DNA of 64,000 nucleotides from an uncultured Ktedonobacteraceae bacterium (GTDB lineage Bacteria; Chloroflexota; Ktedonobacteria; Ktedonobacterales; Ktedonobacteraceae): NCBI GenBank assembly GCA_964250765.1, contig CAXUHF010000016.1, positions 192 to 64,191 of the forward strand, read 5' to 3'. Shown piece by piece: positions 55,885 to 64,000 of this stretch (position 1 is its first letter; each line of letters starts with the position of its first letter). The notes under the pieces were generated by a model. It saw only the letters and a program-made list of their open reading frames with translations, ran no database searches and was not told where the DNA came from. The position numbers and the translations under genes were made by a program.

Positions 55885-58800
55885 CTATGAAGAATCCAAA
55901 TTTTCGAGTAGAATAGGCATTTTTCTCCCTATAACTAGCCGCTCTTTCAGACCAACAAGATTATCTTGCTGGCGTCGAATTGCTGCCTGAACGAGGACGC
56001 GAGTTAAGTCTTGAAATGAGGCTGCCGCGATCCAGCTTTCAGTTTGCAAGACCGCTTTTGTAAGACCTAAGAGTACCGGGCGAGCATGAGCTGGCCTTCC
56101 TCCTTGTGCAACGATGAAGGTAACGCATTGCATGTAAGTATAGCGGTCGAGAATCGTACCTACTAGAAGTTCTGTATCTCCAGCATCTACTACCATGACA
56201 TAGCGTAGCAGTTGCCTGACAATAGTCTCCAGATGCTTATCATGGATGTAGACGCCTGTTGAGCGGTATACTCTTTGAACTTCATTGATCAAGTAGCGTT
56301 GTATCGCTTCTTCTCCCTGAAGGTTAAGTATCTCCTGGGGGTTAATTGGCCCTTCGATAAGCGGTGTTCCTACTTCTACTACTTGGCCTTCACGAACGAT
56401 TATCGTTCGGCCAGGAAGAATGTTGTAAGTGTGCTCTTCGTCTCCCTTAGCTTGGACGAATACTTGGCTTTCTTGTGAAAGATGATATTCGTCTAATTGT
56501 GAGGTGGATGCAACGATATGAATACTTTGCTTGCCAGTGTGTATATCCTTTTTAATTGTCCTGACAACTCCACTTATGTCAGCAAGCATGGCAGAACGCT
56601 TTGGGGTACGTGCTTCAAAAAGTTCATTGACGCGCGGTAGCCCCTGTGTAATGTCACCTACTGCATTTGCGATGCCACCGCTATGAAATGTTCGCATGGT
56701 CAATTGCGTTCCAGGCTCTCCAATTGACTGTCCAGCAATGACGCCGACAGCAGCACCGAGACGAACAAGTGTATTTGTTGCTAAATCTATACCATAGCAG
56801 TGCTGACATACACCGTGTGCAGCTAGGCAAAAAAGAGGTGAACGAACGCGAACGCACTCGATACCTTGCTTCTGGAGGAGATCAGCTTTTTCCCAATCCA
56901 AAATGGTCCCTGCTTTCAGATCACCGATAGACTCTGCCAATATCCGTCCTGCAATTTGAGTACGCATATTCGGTAGACCAAGTCGTTGGCTCTCATTGTT
57001 GGTGATGAGTAGACCGTCTGATGTGCCACAGTCTTTCTGAGTGATCCATACCTCCATGCCGACCTCTACTAAGCGGCGCGTAAGGTATCCTGACATAGCT
57101 GTATTGAGCGACCTATCACCAAAACCTTTGCGTGCTCCCGACGCTGCAATGAATTCCTCCCATACAAGCTGCCCTAGAAAGTAGTTAGAGAGTACGGGAA
57201 TTGGAATGATTTGTCCCGAAGGATTTGCCATAAGACCACGTATTCCACTCAACTGACGGATTTGCTGAAACTTGGCCTTGGTCGCTCCAGATTTTATAAT
57301 AGTCATGAGGGTGCCATATGGATCGAGTACATCTTTGAGCTTTCCACTGATCAAGTCTGTGATTTCCGTCCAAATTTCGATGACTCGCCGATACCATTCT
57401 TCATAGGTGATCTCGCCACCACGATATCCACTATCTACCTCTTGCACACGTAGCCTTCCTTGAGCAATGTACTTCTCGCGTTCAGGAGGTATTTTGATAT
57501 CACTAAGAGCAAAGCTGATACCGCTCTTTGTTGCATACTGATAGCCAACCTGTTTGATTTCGTCAACCATACGAACCGTTGCCTCTTCTCCGCATGTGGC
57601 AAGGCTTTCGGTGACGAGAGCTTTCAGTGCATCCTTGGTCATGGGATAATTCCGATAACGTAGCTGGTCGGGCAAAACTTCGTTGAAGATGACTCGCCCC
57701 ATCGTCGTTTGAATTCGTCCACGCTCAGGTGTGTGCGCCTGAACTGGGGGAGCAGAGTTAAATATCTGTGTGTCTGCAATCCGCACCGTGATGTATGTAT
57801 GCAAATCGATGTGACCAGCATCGTAAGCAAGACGTGCCTCATCGATATTTGCAAAAATCCGCCCGGTTTGCTTGTTGCTTGGTCGGTCCTCAGTTAAGTA
57901 GAAGCAGCCAAGTACAATCTCTTGACTTGGATAGACTGATGGATCGCCAGATGCCGCGTTTCGTAAGTTTTGTGTTGAAAGAAGAAGCCGATATGCTTCG
58001 TCTTGAGCTACTTCCGTGAGTGGAACATGGACCGCCATCTGGTCACCATCAAAGTCGGCATTAAAGGAGGAACACACAAGCGGGTGGAGTTGAATTGCGC
58101 TTCCCTCTACAAGGCGGGGCTGAAATGCTTGAATACTAAGCCGATGTAGGGTCGGAGCACGGTTCAGCAACACCACCCGTTCAAACAGAACCTCAGCTAA
58201 GATATCCCAGATGAGAGGATCACGACGCTCTACCATGCGTTTCGCATGGCGAGGTGTCTGAGCATAATTCCGTTCAACGAGTTTATGAATGATGAAAGGC
58301 TTGAACAATTCACAAGCCATTCCTTTGGGAAGACCACATTCATGAAGCAAGAGATCACGTCCAACGACAATGACAGAACGACCTGAATAGTCAACACGCT
58401 TTCCCAGGAGGTTGCGCCGAAACAAACCTTCTTTGCCTTGTAAATGGTCGGTCAAACTCTTGAGTGGTTGACGTTGAGAACCGAGCACTGGTCTTTTCTT
58501 GTGGGCATTGTCGAAAAGAGCATCGCAAGCATCTTGAAGGAGTCGTCGCTCGTTGTTCAAGACGATTTCGGGAGCCTGACGCTCCATAAAACGCTTCAAT
58601 CTGTTATTGCGGTGAATAACTCGCTCATAAAGCGCGTTAATATCCGAAGAGACGTAGCGTCCACCATCAAGTGGTACTAAAGGCCGGAGTTCAGGCGGAA
58701 GAATAGGAAGCACTGAAAATACCATCCATGTAGGATGAAGTTTGGAAGAGCGGAATGCCTCCACCGTATGTAGGCGTTTGATGGCTCTTTTCTGCCCCGC

Positions 58801-59460
58801 GTCTCCTGCTTTAATCTCGTCGAGGAGTTGTCTCGAAAGGATATCAAGATCGAGAGTAGCGAGTAGGGAGTGAATAGCATCCGCCCCAGTCTTAGCCTCA
58901 AAGGACGCACCATACAAAAGAGAGAGAATCCTATACCGACTTTCTTCAAGGATATCTCCACACTTCATTTCGGCAAACTGTGAGCGGAGAACACTTTCAG
59001 AACTATCCTCTGTATCCTGAGAAAGTATCTGCCTACGCATATCCTCGTTTAGTGAAGTGATAAGGTAGCATTGATAGGAGAGTACAGTGGTAAGCACTCG
59101 TGGCGACAGATTGAGAAGAAGAGCAATTGGTCCCGCACCTCGAACATACCACGGATGGACAACTGGTGAGGCGAGTTCTATATGACCCATTCGTTCTCGA
59201 CGAACCGTCGCTGGTGCGAGTTCAACACCACATTTTTCACAGACAAAACCTGCTTTTCGTGTGCGTTGATACTTTTTGCATGCACACGTCCAGTCTTGTA
59301 TTGGGCCAAAAACGCGCTCACAGAAAAGCCCACCTACTTCTGGCTTATGAGTCAGGTAATTAATGGTTTCTGGCTCGGTAACCTCTCCATGACTCCACGC
59401 TCGAATCTGTTCGGGACTTGCAAGACTGATGCGTAAAGCGTGAATATCAAGTGCTTCCAT
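55885..59460 (-). CDS. rpoC: DNA-directed RNA polymerase beta-prime subunit homolog (stand-alone, divergent)
   Basis: 1191 aa. Zn ribbon CACKKY...CEKCG. Catalytic NADFDGDQMAVH. Bridge helix GARKGFGDRSLNTAMSGYLTRRLVEV. Trigger loop GEPGTQLTMRTFHSGG. Second Zn site DCGT...CLAAHGVCQHCYG. Confidence 0.9.
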   Translation of the reverse strand: MEALDIHALRISLASPEQIRAWSHGEVTEPETINYLTHKPEVGGLFCERVFGPIQDWTCACKKYQRTRKAGFVCEKCGVELAPATVRRERMGHIELASPVVHPWYVRGAGPIALLLNLSPRVLTTVLSYQCYLITSLNEDMRRQILSQDTEDSSESVLRSQFAEMKCGDILEESRYRILSLLYGASFEAKTGADAIHSLLATLDLDILSRQLLDEIKAGDAGQKRAIKRLHTVEAFRSSKLHPTWMVFSVLPILPPELRPLVPLDGGRYVSSDINALYERVIHRNNRLKRFMERQAPEIVLNNERRLLQDACDALFDNAHKKRPVLGSQRQPLKSLTDHLQGKEGLFRRNLLGKRVDYSGRSVIVVGRDLLLHECGLPKGMACELFKPFIIHKLVERNYAQTPRHAKRMVERRDPLIWDILAEVLFERVVLLNRAPTLHRLSIQAFQPRLVEGSAIQLHPLVCSSFNADFDGDQMAVHVPLTEVAQDEAYRLLLSTQNLRNAASGDPSVYPSQEIVLGCFYLTEDRPSNKQTGRIFANIDEARLAYDAGHIDLHTYITVRIADTQIFNSAPPVQAHTPERGRIQTTMGRVIFNEVLPDQLRYRNYPMTKDALKALVTESLATCGEEATVRMVDEIKQVGYQYATKSGISFALSDIKIPPEREKYIAQGRLRVQEVDSGYRGGEITYEEWYRRVIEIWTEITDLISGKLKDVLDPYGTLMTIIKSGATKAKFQQIRQLSGIRGLMANPSGQIIPIPVLSNYFLGQLVWEEFIAASGARKGFGDRSLNTAMSGYLTRRLVEVGMEVWITQKDCGTSDGLLITNNESQRLGLPNMRTQIAGRILAESIGDLKAGTILDWEKADLLQKQGIECVRVRSPLFCLAAHGVCQHCYGIDLATNTLVRLGAAVGVIAGQSIGEPGTQLTMRTFHSGGIANAVGDITQGLPRVNELFEARTPKRSAMLADISGVVRTIKKDIHTGKQSIHIVASTSQLDEYHLSQESQVFVQAKGDEEHTYNILPGRTIIVREGQVVEVGTPLIEGPINPQEILNLQGEEAIQRYLINEVQRVYRSTGVYIHDKHLETIVRQLLRYVMVVDAGDTELLVGTILDRYTYMQCVTFIVAQGGRPAHARPVLLGLTKAVLQTESWIAAASFQDLTRVLVQAAIRRQQDNLVGLKERLVIGRKMPILLENLDSS

Positions 59461-59487
59461 AGACTTCCCATATCTCTTTCATTTTCT

Positions 59488-59522
59488 CAGTACGCACGAA
59501 ACAATCTGTTCCGTGCGTACTG
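59488..59522 (-). promoter_or_regulatory. 11-bp perfect hairpin in the rpoC-like 5' leader
   Basis: CAGTACGCACG, a 13-nt loop, then CGTGCGTACTG. Lies 28 nt upstream of the ATG, with no U-tract. A single GTGGGTAGG motif (59530-59538, minus strand) lies just upstream. Confidence 0.4.
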
Positions 59523-59630
59523 AACATTCCCTACCCACTTTTTGAATTTTCAGCATTTAGTAGCTTTTAACCTGTGTTGAGGAGCACATCAAGGAGTACT
59601 CCTTTTTCACTGTCAGGTTGAAGAAGCTTT

Positions 59631-60290
59631 TCAATCTCCACCTAAATTAAAAATGCCTCGACGCTTTGGCACTTCCTCTGAAGCAGCTTCTTGGTACATG
59701 ACACCTGAGAGTTGTTGGCGTACTTCTTGTAGCTCTCGCCTATTCTCGTCGAATTGGCTTTGGAGTGCTGCAATAATAGCCTTCTCCACGCTCTCGTATC
59801 CTTTCCCGTGAAGTGCTCCCCACTGCCAATGCCATTGTTGTTCCCCGTAGTCCTCCGCGAGAACATTCATAAACACTTGCAGTCCTAACTCGTGTAGCCA
59901 CTGACGTAGTGCAGGCCAGAAGAACAACCTTGTAGTTTCCAGTGTGTACAAGTCTTCTATACTAGTAGGGTAACTTGATGTATATCCATCATGTGATTGA
60001 CCACTATGTGCTGAGGAGGACCAAGGATAAGGTTCACCCCCTTCTAATCCAAGGCCAGTATTTTGTAGCCACCGTTTTACGTGAGCCTTGAAAGTTTCGT
60101 GACTGGTATCGATAAGCAGGCGTTGTCCACCCACTTCTTCCTTTTTTACCCAAGGCTCCTCGTTTTGCATTGCCCGCCGCGCGGTAGATCGAACTTTGTC
60201 GTGATTGATGTGAAGGTATGAACTCACTTCTCTGAGAGTAGCCCAAGGGGGGAGATTATCTACTGTATCAAACTCAATGTCTTCATTCAT
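59631..60290 (-). CDS. Hypothetical protein with N-terminal HTH (excisionase/MerR-like)
   Basis: 219 aa. WATLREVSSYLHINHDKVRSTARRA resembles a short DNA-binding HTH. Confidence 0.45.
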   Translation of the reverse strand: MNEDIEFDTVDNLPPWATLREVSSYLHINHDKVRSTARRAMQNEEPWVKKEEVGGQRLLIDTSHETFKAHVKRWLQNTGLGLEGGEPYPWSSSAHSGQSHDGYTSSYPTSIEDLYTLETTRLFFWPALRQWLHELGLQVFMNVLAEDYGEQQWHWQWGALHGKGYESVEKAIIAALQSQFDENRRELQEVRQQLSGVMYQEAASEEVPKRRGIFNLGGD

Positions 60291-60450
60291 TGCTCTGTTC
60301 TCCTGATATGTGATGTAGAAAAATGCGAAACTGTGAGAGTGTCTTATCCAATCTGCTCAAGTGAAAATGTGTAGTGGGACGCGATCATAAAGTATGCTCC
60401 CTATACAGGTGCTGGCGGACCTCGTATCCGCGACAACTGACTTGGAGCAT

Positions 60451-61239
60451 TCATAGGAGTTCCCCGTCAATCTCGAAGTCACGTATCGTTGTATTGCCGC
60501 CTCGCCGCTTCACTTTTTTGAAAACTGTTCTATAGGTGAAGATGCGTACCTTGCTTGCTACTTCTGTTGACACAGAGGCCGCAATTTTCTCGCGGATAAT
60601 TTGTAGCCTCTGTGCTGCATCACTCGTCACGTAAAACCGGAGTTCGGTATAGCGTGACTCTCCCACGCTTATTTCTTGCTGAAGTTGCTGCAGAATACGA
60701 GAAAAGATTTGCTCGTCCGTCCCCGATAAGCGTAGTACGGCGTGTACGGCAACGCGCGTCCCATCCCCACATTCAAGTACAGCTGTTGGGAGAGAGTAAG
60801 GTGATATGTCAGCTATTCCTGCTCTCCTCAGTTGCTGCCGACTTGTCCACGATCCTTCCGGGTACTGCTGTAAGAATGTAAGACGAATTGTGTTAGCGGC
60901 ATGAAGTGCTGGTAGAACGGTTCTTGCCGGACGACTCCATGTTGAGTTTATTCCAATGTAGCGTAGCCCCGCCTTTGTAAGCCATACCCAACTCCCGTTC
61001 TGGTCTTCAAAGCGTCGTATCGTCACAAGTCCTGCTCGCTGTAAGCGTTCGACAGCATTATGCGCTGAACTTTTCAGCCCTGCCGTTTGCTTTTTTCCTT
61101 GCTCGAAAAGGCGAAGAAAGGAGGGCAGATGTTCAAGGTTAAGTGCCCGTTGTTGTCCTAGTAAAGAGAGGATATAGAGTTCGCACTGTGTCCATTGCAT
61201 ATGTTGCTTTGGTATATGCGCTCGCTCTTCATTGCCCAT
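60451..61239 (-). CDS. wHTH protein resembling replication-relaxation family proteins
   Basis: 262 aa. ELYILSLLGQQRALNLEHLPSFL...AVERLQRAGLVTIRR...WVWLTKAGLRYIG matches the general pattern of plasmid/ICE replication-relaxation proteins. Recognition is by eye only. Confidence 0.4.
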   Translation of the reverse strand: MGNEERAHIPKQHMQWTQCELYILSLLGQQRALNLEHLPSFLRLFEQGKKQTAGLKSSAHNAVERLQRAGLVTIRRFEDQNGSWVWLTKAGLRYIGINSTWSRPARTVLPALHAANTIRLTFLQQYPEGSWTSRQQLRRAGIADISPYSLPTAVLECGDGTRVAVHAVLRLSGTDEQIFSRILQQLQQEISVGESRYTELRFYVTSDAAQRLQIIREKIAASVSTEVASKVRIFTYRTVFKKVKRRGGNTTIRDFEIDGELL

Positions 61240-61439
61240 GTTTTGCTATACTCCTCTATCCTAAAAAATGCTATGTACGCTGATCAGAACCCCAAGTAGT
61301 AGGCCGAGGCTCTAACGACTCTTTGTTCCCTGATAGCTGCCTTCAAGCAAAAACAGGAATATCTCAAGGCGGTTCGCTATCGGGGAAGAATCGTTTTTGC
61401 CTCCACAACACAAGCATAAAAAAGAGGCACCGTATGGGC

Positions 61440-61494
61440 GTGGGTAGGATGGTGGGTAGGACGTGGGTAGGTGGGTAGGTAGAGCGTGGGTAGG
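61440..61494 (+). repeat. GTGGGTAGG array C
   Basis: Five GTGGGTAGG copies starting at 61440, 61452, 61463, 61471 and 61486. Confidence 0.8.
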
Positions 61495-62024
61495 TTGAAT
61501 GTGATGAAGGTATGAGACAGAATCTGCTCTTTCTTTGGTCATGTCTATGCAGTGCCAAACCTCTTCATCGGTTATATTCTCAAGATGAGGCGCAATCTCT
61601 ATTCTGTATCTTCAGTGTGGACTAAATGAGAATTCCAGGGTACCTGCGAAATGAAAGGAGGACGCAGTACCCAAAAGGCCCTTTGAAAACTCCAAATTAT
61701 TCCCTAACTCACTCCAAAAAAAGTGAGCGGTTCCAGCGTACATCTGAAAAAAGTAGGGACTCGTTCCATATACTCATACGGCTATTTCTAGGTTGCCCAT
61801 GTTCTGCCATTGTGCTTAAAACGAGCAAAGATTGACCTGTTTTAGAATGGATACCTGAAGGAGCCAGCATAGGGAGGCATTTCATTTTTGAGGTGATATA
61901 CTACGATACGGGTTGTGATCAGTTGCTCAGTTTCTCACGGAGAAAGAGGCGGCATGATCGGTTGCACAATTGGGAGGGCTTCATGTTCCTCTCGTTCTCC
62001 TGTCAAGGCGTCGCCCTTGTGCAG

Positions 62025-62771
62025 ATGACCGAAGCGAAAACGCTGAATGTTGAGGAGGCCAGGTTCGTAGCAATGACGAGGATATTACCAGACGTAACCG
62101 TGTATGCAGGGCCGATGGGTGCTGGGAAAACGACGCGACTCTATGGCAAAATGGGCGAACTGACTCATCTGGGCATTTCGTATGAGGCATATCGGCCAGG
62201 AGTGGACGTTCGAGATGTGGTGATTGCTCCTCGTGGCTATGTCGTGAGTGCAAACGCGGCTCTCACCCCAAACTGTACCACCGTAGAAGCGCTTGGTGAT
62301 ATTCCGAGCGAGGAGCTTGTGCTGCGCGGTATCAAGACGATTTTTCTGGAAGAGTGGTTCATGTTTGGCTTTGATCAGCAGCGGCGTCCCATCTCAGGTC
62401 TCTATCGTAAGATCATGAGACGGTGGGCTTTGGCTGGTATTGAGCGAGTGTATGCAGCAGGACTTGATCAAGGAGCGAGCGGCAATCAGTTTGGCTTGGT
62501 GGCAGATGCCCGTCGATATGGCGCAAAAGTGGTCGTGTGTACGGCCAGATGCGAATATCCAGTCAATGGGGAACGTGATCCAAAATGCGGACGTGTCGCC
62601 CGCAATAGTCAAATATATGATGGACGTGACAATAAAGCATTTGACATGGAGACCTTACCTGACCTTCTGCCCGAAGGGTTGCGTCCCAACGATCACTATC
62701 GTGCCGTGTGTACGGAACACCTGCTGTTGCCCGCCGAACAGACAAAGCTATTTGACCCCATGCAGACCTAG
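62025..62771 (+). CDS. Thymidine kinase (TK1)-like P-loop protein
   Basis: P-loop YAGPMGAGKTT. FLEEWFMF sits at the position of DEAQFF. C-terminal Cys/His pairs (CTARCE..., AVCTEH). The start is uncertain: 62025 or 62073, and the ORF opens at 61893. Confidence 0.55.
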   Translation: MTEAKTLNVEEARFVAMTRILPDVTVYAGPMGAGKTTRLYGKMGELTHLGISYEAYRPGVDVRDVVIAPRGYVVSANAALTPNCTTVEALGDIPSEELVLRGIKTIFLEEWFMFGFDQQRRPISGLYRKIMRRWALAGIERVYAAGLDQGASGNQFGLVADARRYGAKVVVCTARCEYPVNGERDPKCGRVARNSQIYDGRDNKAFDMETLPDLLPEGLRPNDHYRAVCTEHLLLPAEQTKLFDPMQT

Positions 62772-63065
62772 TAGACTCCTGAGAGGAGGTTCCTATCCCC
62801 TGCATGTTCAACTTCCTCTAAGAAATTTTCTAAAGGTATGCTCTCCGTCATAACGTAATCCTCACTCCTTACTTTTTTTCGGAGTTACAATATAATCCCT
62901 TTCATTTCTCAGTTACGCTGGAATTCTCACTAAGCATGGAATGACATAATATATCTTTATCTTTGGCACGAGTGCCGTTGCTAAAGCTTGGTCATGATAC
63001 AATAACTGTGGAAAGGAGAACGGCAATTTCTCTCAGCCCAGTCTGGACTGTGATGCCGCGCAATC

Positions 63066-64000
63066 ATGAAACTACTCAATACCTTTGACTACGAAGCTGT
63101 AGCTAAAACACGTCTGGACGCCGGAACGTGGGCCTATTTTGCAAGTGGAACTGATGATGAAGTCACTCTCCGAGCGAACCGTAGCACTTTTGAGCGCGTC
63201 CAGTTCCGTCCTCGCGCCCTCGTCGATATCAGCACCATTACAATGAAAACAAGTGTTTTAGGAACTCCGGTTGATATCCCCATCCTTGTCGCGCCTGTTG
63301 GCTTTCAAGGCTTAGCGCATGGAGACGGAGAATGTGCGACTGCATGCGCCCTCGCTTCTACAGGGAGCCTTATGGTCGTCAGTACGTTCTCATCACGTTC
63401 CTTAGAGGAGATAGCCCAAGAAGCGACTGGTCCACTTTGGTTTCAACTCGCTGTACCTAGCCGTCTTTGGACTGAACGGCTTGTCCAGCGCGCTACAGCA
63501 TCTGGATATCGTGCTCTTGTAATTACAGTGGATGCACCGCGCAACGGGACCAAAGAGCGTGTTATTCGCGAAGACTTTCATCTGCCCACTCATAAAGCAA
63601 ACTTTGGCGATGAGCCAGTGGGAAACAATTTTACCGCGCTACCAACCTGGGAGTCGCTTGCTTGGCTTCGTTCCATCACTTCTCTACCTCTTCTCCTCAA
63701 AGGTATCATTTCTGCTGAAGATGCGTGGCGTGCTGTCGAACATGGAATGGACGGCATTATTGTTTCTAATCACGGAGGGCGTCAGCTTGATGGTGTTCCA
63801 GCTACTCTTGATGTGCACTCCGAAGTGATCGATGTCGTGAATGGACGTTGTGAGGTTTATATGGATAGTGGTATTCGACAAGGGACAGATATTCTGAAGG
63901 CGTTAGCTCTGGGAGCACGAGCTGTCTTTATTGGTCGTCCCATCATCTGGGGGCTAGCCGTGAATGGCTCGGATGGAGTTGGGAGTGTGCTAGAAATATT
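63066..64000 (+). CDS. FMN-dependent alpha-hydroxy-acid oxidase/dehydrogenase (glycolate/lactate oxidase family), 3'-truncated by the window end
   Basis: Hand-translated open frame from ATG 63066 to the window end, absent from the ORF track because it has no stop. MKLLNTFDYEAVAK..., PLWFQL, ITVDAPRNG, IIVSNHGGRQLDG, DSGIRQGTDILKALALGA. Confidence 0.85.
   Translation, partial: MKLLNTFDYEAVAKTRLDAGTWAYFASGTDDEVTLRANRSTFERVQFRPRALVDISTITMKTSVLGTPVDIPILVAPVGFQGLAHGDGECATACALASTGSLMVVSTFSSRSLEEIAQEATGPLWFQLAVPSRLWTERLVQRATASGYRALVITVDAPRNGTKERVIREDFHLPTHKANFGDEPVGNNFTALPTWESLAWLRSITSLPLLLKGIISAEDAWRAVEHGMDGIIVSNHGGRQLDGVPATLDVHSEVIDVVNGRCEVYMDSGIRQGTDILKALALGARAVFIGRPIIWGLAVNGSDGVGSVLEI

Noticed and set aside
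55885-59460. Numerous 60-95-aa ORFs in other frames within the rpoC-like gene, and likewise within cas3, cas8, CocE/NonD, KS/CLF and the lasso cyclase
   Set aside because: They are embedded in or antisense to long ORFs that have strong family signatures. They are typical shadow ORFs.
1-64000. CRISPR repeat-spacer array
   Set aside because: I looked through all longer non-coding stretches (1-265, 26.3-27.1, 29.3-29.9, 39.6-40.1, 48.5-49.1, 51.5-52.4, 55.5-55.9, 61.2-62.0 and 62.8-63.1 kb). None shows 28-37-bp repeats at 60-75-bp periodicity. The GGGTAGG arrays have about 11-bp periodicity and no spacers.

Overview
This window looks like an accessory-rich chromosomal region of a large-genome, secondary-metabolite-producing bacterium. 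The protein families suggest Chloroflexota/Ktedonobacteria, but that is inference only. Nearly every gene from 266 to 29345 is on the minus strand.

Left to right:
1. 266-9186: a complete type I-B-like cas operon (cas8-cas7-cas5-cas3-cas6-cas1-cas2-cas4). No CRISPR array is visible inside the window.
2. 9340-12118: a WYL-domain regulator and an endonuclease IV gene. They share a conserved box of about 23 nt upstream.
3. 12286-18188: hydrolase and peptidase genes.
4. 18188-27953: a minimal type II polyketide synthase (KS-alpha, CLF, ACP, SRPBCC cyclase) with methyltransferases and two paralogous membrane proteins.
5. 29857-33209: a small islet of decayed genes. It holds a DUF1998 remnant, an overlapping or frameshifted PD-(D/E)xK protein, and an RNB-dsRBD exoribonuclease split by one in-frame TAA.
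6. 35496-39629: a lasso-peptide cluster (cyclase C, fused B1-B2, APH-type kinase). A 55-codon precursor ORF, too short for the supplied ORF track, sits just upstream.
7. 40101-47777: two SARP/BTAD-TPR regulator paralogs, one decayed, bracketing methyltransferase, tag and alkA-like genes.
8. 48.8-62.8 kb: a region of ORFan and mobile-element-like genes. It contains phased arrays of the motif GTGGGTAGG, a promoter-plus-terminator-defined small RNA candidate, a membrane-anchored SARP-like protein, and a stand-alone divergent rpoC (beta-prime) gene with no adjacent rpoB.
9. 63066-64000: the window ends inside an FMN-dependent alpha-hydroxy-acid oxidase gene.

All family calls come from motif recognition by eye. 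No database search was run.
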